64,000 nt of DNA from Octopus bimaculoides (lineage: Eukaryota). Every line of letters begins with the position of its first letter. Positions within the stretch are counted from its first letter, which is position 1. The position numbers and the translations under genes were made by a program. The stretch lies in contig NC_068983.1 of NCBI RefSeq assembly GCF_001194135.2, forward strand, positions 44,077,783 to 44,141,782, written 5' to 3'. Positions 49,001-62,596 of the stretch are shown one piece after another. The notes beneath the pieces were generated by a model that worked only from the letters and a program-made list of their open reading frames with translations, did no database searches and was not told the origin of the DNA.

Positions 49001-52000
49001 ATTAAAATAATTTTTTTGTACAGCCATGTTTCGTGATAGTTGATTAACTTGATCCCGCAACTGAGCTTCAGTCTGATGTTCACTGGCCTGAATGGCACCA
49101 ACAGCCGTTGTGATGTCCATTTTAACTTGTTCAAGCTCAGCTTCTCGTTCATCCACCATGCAATCAAGGTCATCTTGCAAATGTGCAATTCTGTCTTCAT
49201 AATCCGACACTAAAACATCTCTATCTTGATCTTTTTCTTTGATTAATTTACTCATTTTATTGCAGGTCGATGTAATTTCCTTTCTTATGCTATCTACATG
49301 GTTTTTATGCATATCGTTAACCGACTGGCATTCTTTTACAAAGACTACTTCCAAGTTTTCGATTTGCTTTCTGGCCCAATCACATTCATTGCAACCTTCT
49401 TGCACTCCCTGAGTTTCAAATTTTAAAGAATCAATCTCTCGTTTCAAGGCACTAATGACATTCTTTTCATCTCTGTGGTAATGTTCAATGATTTCTTCAA
49501 AGCCTTTTAACATGCCCTGCACATCTACCGAAGGCTGCTTGCTGTCCCGCAGTTGCAGGTCTTTAGCAGAGGAGATGTTTGAGCTAAGTTTCATTTGACT
49601 TAACTCTTCACTGTATTCTAGTTTTAATTTTTCCATCAAGTAACACATCTGGGCTTGAAACACTGACTCCCGAATTACTTGTTGAGAAAAATTGGCCAAG
49701 CAATTAGGAAAATAATTTTCAGTAGACGAAACATAATCAAGAAGTTTTTTAATTTCTTGCACTTTCTGTTCATTCCCTGTTGTATTTGATTGATTAAGTA
49801 ACTCACGCACTGTCTGCTCCTTTAATTTGGCGTTGGTCTTTAGGACACCGCCTAATTTTTTCATTAAAGTTTCCCATCGACGTTCATCATCAGATATACT
49901 AAGTTCCACACTTCGTTCTTCATGACTTTCGGAACTGGAACCAAATTTATTTTCATACAATTCTGAAATATAAGTAAGCTGCCCTCGTATTGTTGCATTT
50001 AGTACTAAGACATCAGCAAGCTCCACCAAGTGAGCCTTAATATTATCAACATAGTCTTTGTCAGAGGCTTCTCCTTGATGGTTTCCCTGTAATAAGCTTT
50101 GCATTGTTTTCATGAATGATTCTTGTTCATTTAAGAGAGATTGGTGAATGATTTGGCATTTCCTAGATGTTGGTAAACTGAGGTCGAGCATTTCTTCGTA
50201 CTGTTTGATATGACCTTGTAAAAGTCTGTGGACTTGACTAACTTCCAGGATCATATTTTGTTGACCTGGAGACTGCTTCAAGATCTCCTGTATTTGATGG
50301 AGTTTTTTATCTTTATATTTACATACAAGGTCTTGACATAGTTTCTTCTCATCTTTTAATTTGACAAAAGCACTTTTCGATTCTTCGACAAAAAAATCAA
50401 AAGACTTGTTGCTCATTTCTTGTGTAATTTGGTCCTTCAGATTTATAAGAGCGAAAGTCATCTCACCTTGTAATAAAACTTGTGCAGTGAAATGACCTGA
50501 AAACTTCTCAAGTTGATCTCCGAGATACTGGAACTGATGTTCCATGTACTCACAAGACAGACTCCGCGAAATTGCTTCAATAGCCAGGGATGGAATTTCA
50601 GAAAGATCCTTGATTTTTTCTGCATGTTCAGCTACTGTGCCCTGAGATCTCATGCTAGACATAAGATGACCTTCAACAATAATTTTCTGTGCCAACATTT
50701 CGACATAATTACAAAGAACTTGAGCATCATTATCCAAAGAACAGTCATCCAGGTCTTTTATGACTTTCTCCTTTAACTGAAGAAATAGTTGATTCACTTC
50801 ATTTATTTCTTTCCAAAGTGGATCTGGACAACGGTTACTGAGGTAATTGTTCTGAAGTAGATGGGATAATTCACCAAGAATGACAATTTGTAAAGCCAGT
50901 TTTTCAGCATAAATAATTATTTTTTGACTTGTGTCTTCACTGTTACTTTCAATGGTTTCCCATTTTTCTTTAAGTTGTTTCTCAATAGTAACTTTCTTTG
51001 AGTAGAGGGAACCCAAAATGTGCCATTCCTCTTTGGTTAAATTCTGCACATGTTGGATGTAACGAATCATGTAGCAGAGTTTGTCTTTGATTCTTGGAGT
51101 TAATTTATTTGTCTGTTGTTTTGTAGCAGCAGACTCGATTGCCCTCACTTCCTCATTTACATCAGCTAATTTCTTCATAACTTGACTCATACAATTATGA
51201 AAGGCCAACTTAACCTCATCAAGAGTTCGTTTTTCAGGAAGTTCCGGTATCTCTTGTTTATCCTTTGTTAATTGTTCACTGAGGTGCAGCGTGGTTTCCT
51301 CACAGAGCTGTAAGCGTTGAAAAAGAGAACCTTTCTTTGAAGGCTGCCAATTCGGACTATTCTTGCCATATTTTGGAGGCAAACTATGAAGTTTATTTGT
51401 GGAAGGAATATGGTTGTTCATGTCTTGTATTGAAGACATATTAGGATCTGAAAATTCATAATCTTCAGAATCAGAATTGAAACTATCAGAGAGTTCTTGA
51501 GATGATTCACTCTGGTCTGAATCGTCAGAAGAATCGCTTTCTTCAAACTCATTCATTGATCGCAAAAGTTGTCTGCTTAGGACTCTAGAATGCAAATGTT
51601 GCGATTTCATCATATCTCCAACAAAAAGGATACGCTTTTCTAAGTCCTCTAGTTTGCTTTCTATGTCCTTTGAAGACTCACTCACTGGATGTGAGTCCGT
51701 CTCCATGTGTTTCACAGTTGAACCGAGTTTACTCGTGAGATCTTCAATTTTCCCTGACAGTATCTTTAATTTCAAGCTATAGTCATCTTCTAGTTGTTTC
51801 ACTCTCTCTCGAAGTGTCTGCTCTTCTACTTTTAAAAGGTTGAACTCGCTATATGCATCGTCAAGTTCTTTGAGTAAGTTCTTGTTTTCTTGCTTGGCCT
51901 GGTTGAGTTGTTGTTTAATGTCATCGATATTACACGAGTCTTTTGCTGCCGTGCCGGAAACGTCAGAGCTGGTCAAGGGAGGTAAATCTTCTATGACAGA

Positions 52001-53197
52001 TTGTGCCGTACATAAACAACTTTCAAGTTCAGATGCTGACGAAATAGCTGAAGCTAGTACATGGCTGTAGTCTTTCTTTTGGGTGTCCATAATTTGTTGC
52101 AAGATAGAATTAACCATACTTACAAGACTCTGACCACTTGTTAAACTTGTTGATATTTCGGACAATTTCTGTTTGTAAATGCTGTCTTTCTCTTTCAGGG
52201 CTTCCAACACAAGTTTGTCGACATTCATGCGATGATTTTGGAGCTGGTTATTCAAATGTTGCATCATGCCTTCCAAATTTTGGTTGCGGTCATACAATTG
52301 AGACTTCTGTGAACATTCTTTTTCAAGCTTGACCAATAGCATTTTGCCCTCGCGCTGTTGGTCATCCACTTGTTTTTTAAGAACAACTTTCTCCTTCTCG
52401 TCCGTGTCCATCTTCTTTTGTAAATCCATTAATGTTTTCTCGATAGATTGTAACTGTTGCTTTAAATACATGTTATCCTTAAGGGCTGTATCCAAATGGG
52501 GTTTCAGAGCTGACCCTTTTGTAATTTCATTCTGCATCTCATCAGTTAATTCTTCGATTTTATTGTGACTTTCTATTAGTTTTTCCTCCAGTTGGTTGAT
52601 TATATCATTTTTCTCAGTAAGTATAGCAGATATATCACTAGATAATGACTGACTCATTGACATCTCTCTCATGTCTCTCTTTTCCTGCTGATATTCATGT
52701 TTCATTTCTTTCAAATGATCTTCCAGTTTACGGCAATGAAGATCCTTCTCTTTCACAGTTTTACGCAAACATTCCAGCTCCCTGTTGCTATTGTCAAGCT
52801 TCTCTTTAGCTTGCCGATATTCATTTTCAACAGCTTTTAATTTAATTACTTCTCTTTCGCTATCTCTGAGTTTTTGCATATTCAACTTCACCTCTGTCTC
52901 CAGTCGTTTACATTCTTTCTCTTTGGCTTGCAATACCTCCCGACCTTTTTCAAGCTTCTGAGAAGTTTCTCGAAGTTGAGCCTCAACATTTTTCATTCTT
53001 TTTGTCCATTCAGAAGAAATCTTAGTGCAATGTTCTTTCTCTTGTTTTAGTTCTTTTAGAGCCTCTGACAACGCCTTTTCTGTGCCAGTAAGTTTCGATA
53101 CAGACATATCTAATTTTGACTTGAGAGATTCAATTTCAGCCTTGTGCTGTTGTATATCATCTCGTGCTTCTTTCAGTTGCCGCCTCAAGGTCTGAAC
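49001..53197 (-). CDS. MPRIP: Giant 4197-nt coiled-coil exon (1399 codons, VQTLRRQ...AVQKNYFN) of the MPRIP/outspread-like gene
   Basis: Lies within the 1442-aa ORF 48986-53314. True ends are set by acceptor tcttttcttcag and donor AAT|gtaagt. The protein is E/K/L/Q-rich with heptad character. Confidence 0.92.
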
Positions 53198-55250
53198 CTG
53201 AAGAAAAGACATTCCCTTATTAGTAAATATTAATGTCAACAATGAAATAGAGTTCTTAAAATAACATTTAAAATATTTTAATACATAATCATGCATTTTA
53301 ACAAATTTTAGCAATTTTTAACAATCTAAATATCTTGAATAATTCTAATGAACTTTAATAATTGTAAACCTTTTGTTACCATACTTTTGTTGATATATTC
53401 TTCCTTTATTTCAATTAATCTTGAAAATAATAAAGAATTTAGTAAAATAATTGTCATCATTAAGGTCGTTTAGGAACAAATTAACCCAAAAGGTTTTGAG
53501 ATTACTTTAAAACAGGAAGTTTTTATCATAGAACTGGGGATAATCTTGGGGTAGGATGGCATCATAAAAATTAAGAAAATTTGTAAAAAATTAATAAAAC
53601 CAATCAAGTTGTAATTAGTATTTAAATTAATGAAATTACTAGAAATGAGATGAGACAAAACTGTGTTAAGCTGCTATGCAGATATTTAATGAAGTGAGTA
53701 AATATCCAAAATGTTAGAAGCAGTAAATGAGAAAGGGAAGTTGAGATTTAGACGATGAATTTAGCAAGATTAGTAAAGTTTTAGACAAAAATTACTTCAA
53801 AAAATCCTGAAGCAAACAGCTAAACATTTGAAAATGATCTATCAGTTAGGCTATATGTTGAAGGACTATACACTTGAAAGACCTGATGCTGTAGTTTTTG
53901 ATTGTGAGAAAATCACTTCACAGACATGTAAAAATCTCATAACTTTCAAATGGTTCCTGGATGAATATCCCCAAATTCCAGATTAACTACCTATAGCTGG
54001 ATATATTTCTGTAAATAATAACTCTTTACTTGAATGAATTATGGTGCCCCCAAAAATGAATGAAATATGAAAGATCATTAAATGTCTTTTCCAGGTGGGG
54101 TTATTGAGTACTAATAGCACTACCTGGGTCAATTCCAGGTGAAACTTATCTAAGTATATCAAAATGAAAGAAATATTGTCACAGCAGTGACTCATGGGAA
54201 TGTTAAATACATTCTTTCTTGAGGCTCATCAACAACATGTGACCGTTTTTATAGCCTGGCAAACATTCAGCAATACCAGCGTTTGTGTTTCCTATATGCT
54301 AGTTTCAAATTTTGGCACAAGGCCAGTAATTTCGAGGATAAGTTGATTACAGTGATCTCAGTACTCAACTGGTACTTATTTTATCGACCCTGGAAAATTG
54401 AAAAGTAAAGTCAACCATGGTGAAATTTGAACTTAGAACGTGAATGATTGAAATGCCACTAAGCATTTTGCCAGGCCTGCTAACAATTGTGCCAGCTCAC
54501 CATGCCTCAAAATATTCATTCCAAATTTTGTTACAAGGCTAACAAATTCAAGGGAGAAGAAGAGTCGATTGCACTGGCCCCAGAGCTCAAGTGGTACTGA
54601 TTTTATCAACCCTGAGTGGATGAAAGGCCAAGTTGGCCTTGGCAGAATTTGAACTCAGAATGTAAAGACAGATGAAATGCTGCTAAACATTTTCCCTGGG
54701 GTACTAACAATTCTGCCAGCTCGCTGCTTACTGGATGTGCTTCCTATATATATCGAGGCATGGGTTTTGCTCAAGCATGAAATCTCCTAAGAAAACTGAA
54801 ATACATCTTACATTCCCACAAGTGACTGTTGCAACAATGTTCACCTCATTCTGATATAAGGCAGGTTTTTATCTAACAACATCTATGAAGAGACTTGCTC
54901 TCAGACAATAACCATAGCATCATACCTTTTTAACAGTGAACATACATTTAGCATGATATGCAGATGCCTATTTTAATTTAATGCAGTTTTGTACACCTTT
55001 CATGTTTTGAATTACATTAGGAAACAAAATATACAATCATTTAACTTTGTGACATTTTAGAAAATTATCATCATTAGTAAAAATTGTTTTTTTCCCTTCT
55101 TCTATAGCCACTGTTATACACCAAATAGTGTATGAGCTTGTGAAAATGTGTGAGCGCATGCATGCAGTGTGTATACATAGATGAAAAAGGCAAATGTGAT
55201 TTTGAGTGATAATAATAATAATAATAAAATAATATCGATGTGGATATTAC

Positions 55251-55292
55251 CTCGGAAAGCATGATGAAGATTTCAGAGGAACGTTCCAAGAG
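55251..55292 (-). CDS. Candidate 42-nt cassette exon (LLERSSEIFIMLSE) or alternative first exon ending ATG CTT TCC GAG
   Basis: Acceptor-like ataacattcag at 55293, donor GAG|gtaata, phase 0, in frame with the giant exon. Support is splice signals only. Confidence 0.4.
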
Positions 55293-55764
55293 CTGAATGT
55301 TATAAACCCAGAAAAAATGTCAAGTGTTGTGCAATATATGAGGTGACAACATCAGTGATAGGCAACGGAATAAGTAAATCTTATGCCACCGTGTGTATGT
55401 GTGTGTGTGTGCATCACTTGTAAGCACAACCTTACACAAATAACATGTAGGGTACCTACTGTCACTTGTCACCTTGTGGTGGGTACCCCATACTTCCTGC
55501 ACCCACCTGCTTCTCTTAAGTGTCTTCACCTGGGAATCAGGGACACAGCAGGTAGGGAGGAAATGAGAAGACTACTGCAGTCACCGTGTGTGGGTGGGGT
55601 AATAAATAGTTAGAGGGAGGGGAGGAGAATGTTGTTCAGCTTTAAAGAAGGCCAACTCCACACTTGGTTGAGGTTATTTTTTTCATTGATAAAATAAATT
55701 CACCACTACCACCAGCAGCCAGCTAGCTGCTGGTGGTGGTGGTGGTGCTGGAGTGAGAGAAGTA

Positions 55765-55807
<43 letters not shown>

Positions 55808-55811
<4 letters not shown>

Positions 55812-55995
55812 GGTGGGTGGGAAAAGGAGAAAGCAGGAAGGAAAACAACCCTCAACCTGTTATTAATAGGACAAGTGAATGTCACCAACTGACCAATCAA
55901 CTCTCCCCTAAGCCCTGACCCACCTCCTGATGTTCATAAAACAGACAGTCTGGCAGCAGGTAATGGATGTGGACCAACAGAACTAGTCCATCCAC

Positions 55996-56044
<49 letters not shown>

Positions 56045-56231
56045 GGTGGGTGGGAAAAGGAGAAAGCAGGAAGGAAAACAACCCTCAACCTGTTATTAAT
56101 AGGACAAGTGAATGTCACCAACTGACCAATCAACTCTCCCCTAAGCCCTGACCCACCTCCTGATGTTCATAAAACAGACAGTCTGGCAGCAGGTAATGGA
56201 TGTGGACCAACAGAACTAGTCCATCCACAGG
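55808..56231. repeat. Tandem duplication, period 233 bp, bounded by (GA)n tracts
   Basis: 55808-55998 and 56041-56231 appear identical between the GA microsatellites. Confidence 0.9.
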
Positions 56232-56595
56232 AGAGAGAGAGAGAGCAGGGTGAAGAGCAAGAGGATGAAATGCTGGTGGTGACAGTGGTGGTGAAAATTG
56301 TAAAGAAGTAATGTAGATCAGAAGTCAGTGTGGGAAAAGACAAAGTTGACAGTAGTGGTAGAGGTAAGAGGGAGAGAATTGACACTTGAGATAAGTGGGA
56401 GTCAGAAGTGCCCCTGGTAGGGGTTGGGGGAGAAGGTAGAGCAGGATGAAGTGCCTGTGTGCATGTGAGTGTGTCATTCTGTGTACATCAGAATTTGTGT
56501 GTGTGTGTGTGTGTGTACATCTTTGTGATAAGACCAGCATTAAGTGTGCGTGTGTGTGTGTGTGTAATTAATTTAAACGTCCCTATTCCATTATG

Positions 56596-56634
<39 letters not shown>

Positions 56635-59600
56635 TTTATATATTATAGTGAGAAGTGGTGTAAGAGGTGAGAAGTGGGTGTAGGAAGTATTATGACAGTT
56701 GGTCAGATATGGAAGACAATCTGTTTATAACCAACAGAAGCAACAAATAAACTGTAATTAATAATTTCTTTTATTAGCCACAGAGACATAAATGAAGGGG
56801 ATATCACAAAGACAGACAACAATTTGTGTAGGGATTCACATAAATGATGGGGAGAGAGAAATTGAAAAAACAGTAAAATGCTATAAAAGTATGCAGAGTA
56901 TGAATGATGCAGCCCTCGAGATTAAAGGAGAAACTCCAACTAGAGCCAATCAAGGAACTCCACAGATCCAAGATTACTCTGGTCATCAAAAATACGAGCC
57001 CTCTCTCCTGCTCGCCAATCTACAGGTGCATACTTGGAGTCGGGCCATTCACTCTAATCATTTTTGCTACTAGGCACAAGATAAGTGATTTTGAGGGAAG
57101 GGGTTAGTTGATTACACAGACCTTGGTATAAGACCGGGCCTTTATCTTGTGGATCCAGAAAGAATGAAAGGCAAAAGCTGACTTCGAGAAGATTTGAACT
57201 TGGAACTTGAGAATTTGAAAGAAATGCCATGAAGCATTTGATTTGGCACCTGAATGATTTTGAAAACTCAAAAGAATAAGGATTTCAAATTTTGGAACAA
57301 AGTGAGCAATTTCTGGGGGAGAGAGTAAGTCAGTTACATCGACCCTGAAAGGACGAAATGCCAAGTCGACCTTAGCGCAATTTGAACTCAGAACTTAAAG
57401 ACAGACAAAACGCTGCTAAGCATTTTGTTGCATGGGCTAACGGTTCTGCCAGTTTGCTACCTTTATTAATAATAAAATATTGGTTTCGAATTTTGGCACA
57501 AGACCAGCAATTGTGGGGGAGGGTGTAAGTTGTTTATATTGACCCCAATGCTTAACTGGGATCAATGTAATCAACTAGCCCTTCTCCATAAACTTTCAGG
57601 TTCTCTGCCTATAATAGAATTATTATTTTCACCCCTACCCTCATATCCTCCTAAATATCAGTCTTAGTCTGTTTTTTTTTTTATTAACAAACAAATTGAA
57701 AAACTAACATTTTTTTAAAGCCACCTCCTCCAATACTACCCCCACTTCGGTTGAAGGGTCTGGTCCTGCAAGTTATTTGGTGACCTTGCAGGTGTTGGTG
57801 CTACATAAAAAGCATCCAGTACACTCTGTAGTATTTGGCGTTAGGAAGGGCATCCAACTATTAAAACCATACTGGAGAAGACATTGAAACTGAAAGCAGT
57901 TTACTGACTCATCAAATCTTGTCAAACTATCCAACCCATGCCAACATGGAAAATTGGATGTTAAATGAGGATATTTTCTTAAACCAGCTGGATGCCCTCA
58001 CAGGTTTCCAAGCAAGAGCTGACGGCCAGACGTGTTCTCACAGAATACTGGAAATGAGTGACACTTCTTGTTTGCCAGTGGTTATCATTTGCAACTATTA
58101 TGTGATGCCATAACAAGAAGACACAAGCATGCTCAGACACACACACACACACACACAATAGGCTTTCTTCAATTTCCACCTATCCAATTCATTCTCAAGG
58201 GATTTGTCAGCCTGGGGCTATAGTAGAAGGCATTTGCCCAAGGTGCTGTGCAGTGGGACTGAACCTGAAACCATGTGGTTAAGAAGCAATCTTCTTAACT
58301 ACACAACAGCTTCTACACATTGTAGATTTGAGTAAACCAAGCAAAATGTTAAATCAAATGCTGTTGGCAAAGCAGCTGCAACTAAATGCATCACTGAAAA
58401 ACTCAAGGCAATGCTCTCAAGAAGGATAAAATGCAACAAAGATGCCAAGTTAGGTTGTTGTAAAAGAAAAAAAAATAGCTTGCAATAAGCACCAAAACAT
58501 TTTATAAATTAGGCAGAGAAAAAAAAAAAGGCAAAGCTTAAAATTGGGGAAAAGAAAGGCAAAGAGATAGTAATGGAATTCATTACCTCTACAATGGAAT
58601 AAGATATAGGGGATAAAAAAAAGAGAGGTAGTGCTCAGCAGGAATTGAATACTGAGACTAGGTGAACCCTTTTGCAATCAAATTGCCAGACAGTTCCCTT
58701 GGTTTATGATACAAACTTCTCCCACTCTTTGATGGCGTTGTGTTTATCAGAAATTATAAGAGACAAGAAAAACTGCCCAATATTATTTAGTTCTTTATAC
58801 TCTGAATTAAAAACTACTGTCGTAAATTTTCCTTTCCAGCCCTTAAAGACCAACTGCATAAGTACCAGTAATATACGGTGGTTTATCCAAATGACCATAC
58901 CCTTTCCTCCCCATTCGCATACATAGCCCAAGTTTTTCTAGAGTAGCCATTGTAGCAATTAGTTGTGTCCCTTCACCGAGGAGACGGTAGAGTTTAGTTA
59001 TGTCCCTTTATAATGAGTGTTTAAAATTCTGCCAGGGTCAGTTATTTTTACCTTCCGTTGTACTAGAGTTAATAAGCAAGTACCAGCAAAATATTAGGAA
59101 TCAATGCAATCATATCCTCCTACTAAATTTGTAGCCTTGTGCCTACGTCAGAAACAATCATTACAAGTTCGTAGTACCAGCACCAGCTTATGAAAGCAGT
59201 GGTTCTCGATGATGAAATAACTTTGGGTGTGAAGATGCATCCGACCGATGCTGACACGGAAAACAGACGTAAAGTGATGATTATTATTAGTAGGGAGATG
59301 GACTAACAGAATTGTGTTAGCGTGGTCTATTTCTTCCAGATCTTTATGTTCTGAGTTCAAAACCCACTGAGGCTGACTTAACCTTTCACTCTTTTATGGG
59401 TTAATGCAATAAATACCAGTTGAACACTGGATCGCTGTAGTCAACTATCTCCCACCCCCAAAATTACAGGCCTTGTGCCTATAATAGAAAGGATTATCAT
59501 CATCAGTAATTAATTGATATTACAACAACCAATATAAATTTCGTTTGTTTTCTCCAGCTACACTTGGCATCATATAAAGGGAGAAAGAGTAAAAGAGGGA

Positions 59601-60174
59601 TGCAGAGAGTTAACATAAGAGGGGCAGGATGAGTGGGGATAGAAAACAGAATCACAGAGACAGAAAAGGAGGAGGAGGAGAAAGAATGATATTAGTTATG
59701 GGAAGAAGCATTTTAGGGTAACATTCCCCCCCCCCCCCAAAAAAAAATTAGTTTTCATTTCATCATTTTGTATAATGAGCACGAAAAAATTTTGGCTAAA
59801 ATTTAATTATAATTATTGTACATATGCCATATTTCCTGATATTACCCCATGGTGGTAAAAGCCTACTTCTCAAGTTGGCCAACATAAGATGCATAAGCTC
59901 TAATTATTCAATAATAATAATAATAATAATAATAATAATTTTGGAACAAGGTCAGCAATTCCAGGGGGGGGGGGATATGTCGATTACATCGACCCTAGGG
60001 CTCATCATCATCATCGTTTAACGTCCGCTTTCCATGCTGGCATGGGTTGGACGGTTTGACTGAAGACTGGCAAAGTTTCTACAGCTGGATGCCCTTCGTA
60101 ACACGAACCACTCAGAGTGTAGTGGGTGCTTTTTACATGCCACCAGCACGGGGGCCATTCAGGCGGCACTAGTG

Positions 60175-60510
60175 ACCTTGAAAAGATGAAAGGCAAAGTC
60201 AACCATGGTGGAATTTGAACTCAGATAGTAAAGACAGATGAAATACTTCTAAGCATTTTGTCTGGCAGGCTAACACTTTGGCCAGCTCAAGACTTAATGA
60301 TATTGATTTCAAATTTTGGCACAAGGCCAGCAAGTTTGAGGAAGGGAATGCGTTGATTACATCAACTTCAGTACTTATTTTATCAACCCCGAAAGGGATG
60401 AAAGGCAAAGTCAACCGTGGTGGAATTTGAACTCACAATGTAAAGACAGATGAAATGCTGCTAAGTATTTTGCCTGGCATGCTAAGAATTCTGCCAGCTT
60501 GCCACCTTAA
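60175..60510 (-). mobile_element. Tandem tRNA-derived SINEs with a Deu/Nin-like central domain
   Basis: Reverse complement reads ctggcagaat...ttctgagttcaaattcc...gactttgcctttcatcc...ggggttgataaaataagtac. Other copies at 32920-33275, 42020-42220, 54300-54730, 57080-57570 and 59030-59490. The domain name is from recall. Confidence 0.65.
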
Positions 60511-61105
60511 TAACAACAACAACAATAATAATAACAATAAAGACTTATTTTCTAAAATTGTAGGGAGAGTTGGAGAAAGAATGACAAAAATTCAAAAAAA
60601 AACTAGGACTGAAAAGATACAATAACATAGGACAAAACGATCAAGTGACTGTGATTTATCAAGATTGATGAAGTGTTGGATGTGTTTAGGGGTAGGGAGA
60701 GGTTAGGGATAAACTAAACTACAGATCAATATTGAAGAAATCAATCACAAATATCACTGTTTATCCAGATATCACATGGAGGTGTGAGTGTGTCTGTTCT
60801 ATAAAAGCTGTATATGCAGGTATGCACATGTGTGCATACATGATGATGGTGATTGCTGTATTGCAATCATGTGACTTATGTGCAGATTCCATTGCATTGA
60901 GCATGATTCAGTCAACAATTTATACATGTGTATGTGTGTGTGAGAGAGAAAGTATGTGTGTGTACATACATGTCTGTATGCATGCATGTGTATGGATGTG
61001 TATGTGCATGCATCTGTATGCATTTACATGTGCTCTCATACGAGTTATGCATGTGTATATATATATCTACATGCATGCATAGATGCGTGAACTGACACGT
61101 CGTAC

Positions 61106-61258
61106 CTGTGGAGCTGAAAGGTTAGTGTCAGGGGTGGCGTTACTGATGTCCTTCTCGCTGTACACTGTCCGTAGTTGACTCATTAAATCAATGTTGTTCT
61201 GGTGCATTTGGACCAGTTCCTCAGCAGTGTGTTCAAGTCTCTTCTGTAAAGTCTCCAC
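61106..61258 (-). CDS. MPRIP: MPRIP/outspread-like gene, most upstream exon found in the window (VETLQKRLEHTAEELVQMHQNN...LSAPQ)
   Basis: Acceptor cttgtacttcag, donor CAG|gtacga, 153 nt, phase 0-0. The sequence is coiled-coil-like and in frame with the giant exon. Confidence 0.8.
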
Positions 61259-61544
61259 CTGAAGTACAAGCAGCACACTAACTATCACAACCCAATCCAA
61301 CACAATTCGACCCAGCCAAGCCCAGGGCCACTCCTAGTCACAGACACTAATCAACAGTCTCGTTTCCCCTCTCGTTCAAAAATTCCCAAAGTTTTATGAC
61401 AAACTTATTTAGAACTTAATTTTCTGGTTTTCCTTCATTTTATGAAATAGTTATACAAATGTTTAAATACTTTAACACTGTTCAGTTCAGTGTTGACACA
61501 AGTTTAATCGACATTTACAAACACAGAACAGTGTGAGTGTGAGT

Positions 61545-61680
<136 letters not shown>

Positions 61681-62408
61681 TGGTTAAAATGCTTCAGTAT
61701 TGAGAGGTTCTCTTAACAAAAAACAAACAAAATGCAAGGGCCATGTATCTCTTTTGCACCAAGAAACCTTTTCTAGCCCCTTTATTCATACTTTAACCTA
61801 GTATAAAATTACTGTAGTCTGTGAAAAAATGTCTGGCAAAAGGGTTAAACTGGAAGGGTTACAGTATGCAAGACTCCCCAAATATACATACCCCCTCTAT
61901 TACAGTCCCTCAATCAAAAAGATTTTCATCTTGTAAGCTATATGGTGACTTCCTACTGTTGGCATCACAAACAAAAGCAGACAGTCCACCCTGTAAAGTG
62001 GTTGGCATTAGGAAAGGGATCCTTACCAATTCAAATTAAGCCAGATTAGAGTCAGAGCACCACACAGTCACTGGACAAATCAAATCCTGTCAAACTATTC
62101 CATTCCAAGGCAGAACAGCTTATAGACATTAACTCTTTTGTTACCATATTTGTGGAAATTCACTGCCTTTGTTTCAATTAATTTTGAAAATGAAGAATTT
62201 AGTAAAATAACTGTCATTATGAAGCTGATGTTTGGAAATGTAAGTTAACATAGAATTTTGATGGAAGATTTTCATTTAGATCATTTTAAAACCAGAACCT
62301 TGTATCAGAGAATAAAGAAATAAATCTGCTATATTTGTAAAATTAGGGAGAAAAAAATGTTTTTAAAATTTGAAGGGGAAATAATTTCATAATAAAACTA
62401 CTATTGTA

Positions 62409-62596
62409 CAGTAATCCCTCGACTATCACAGATGTTACATTCCAAAATCCCTCCGCAATCGGTGAAAATGCATGAAGTACAAACGGTATTGTACTGTATA
62501 TTTTTTTAAATAAATGCAAAACAACGCCATGGAGAATCGATGTAAGCTTAAATAATGAACTGCGATAGGTGAATGTGATATGGCAAGGGATTACTG
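62409..62596. mobile_element. Tc1/mariner (pogo/Tigger-like) MITE
   Basis: Termini TA-CAGTAATCCCT...AGGGATTACTG-TA. Confidence 0.85.

Noticed and set aside
48986-53314. 1442-aa single-exon gene as given by the ORF track
   Set aside because: The first 39 and last 4 residues are intronic read-through. Splice sites at 53198 and 49000 make it an internal exon.
55383-55530. Minus-strand exon VKTLKRSRWVQEVWGTHHK after a pyrimidine tract
   Set aside because: The acceptor is plausible, but the donors are weak and the peptide is not coiled-coil-like. It is covered by the internal-promoter hypothesis instead.
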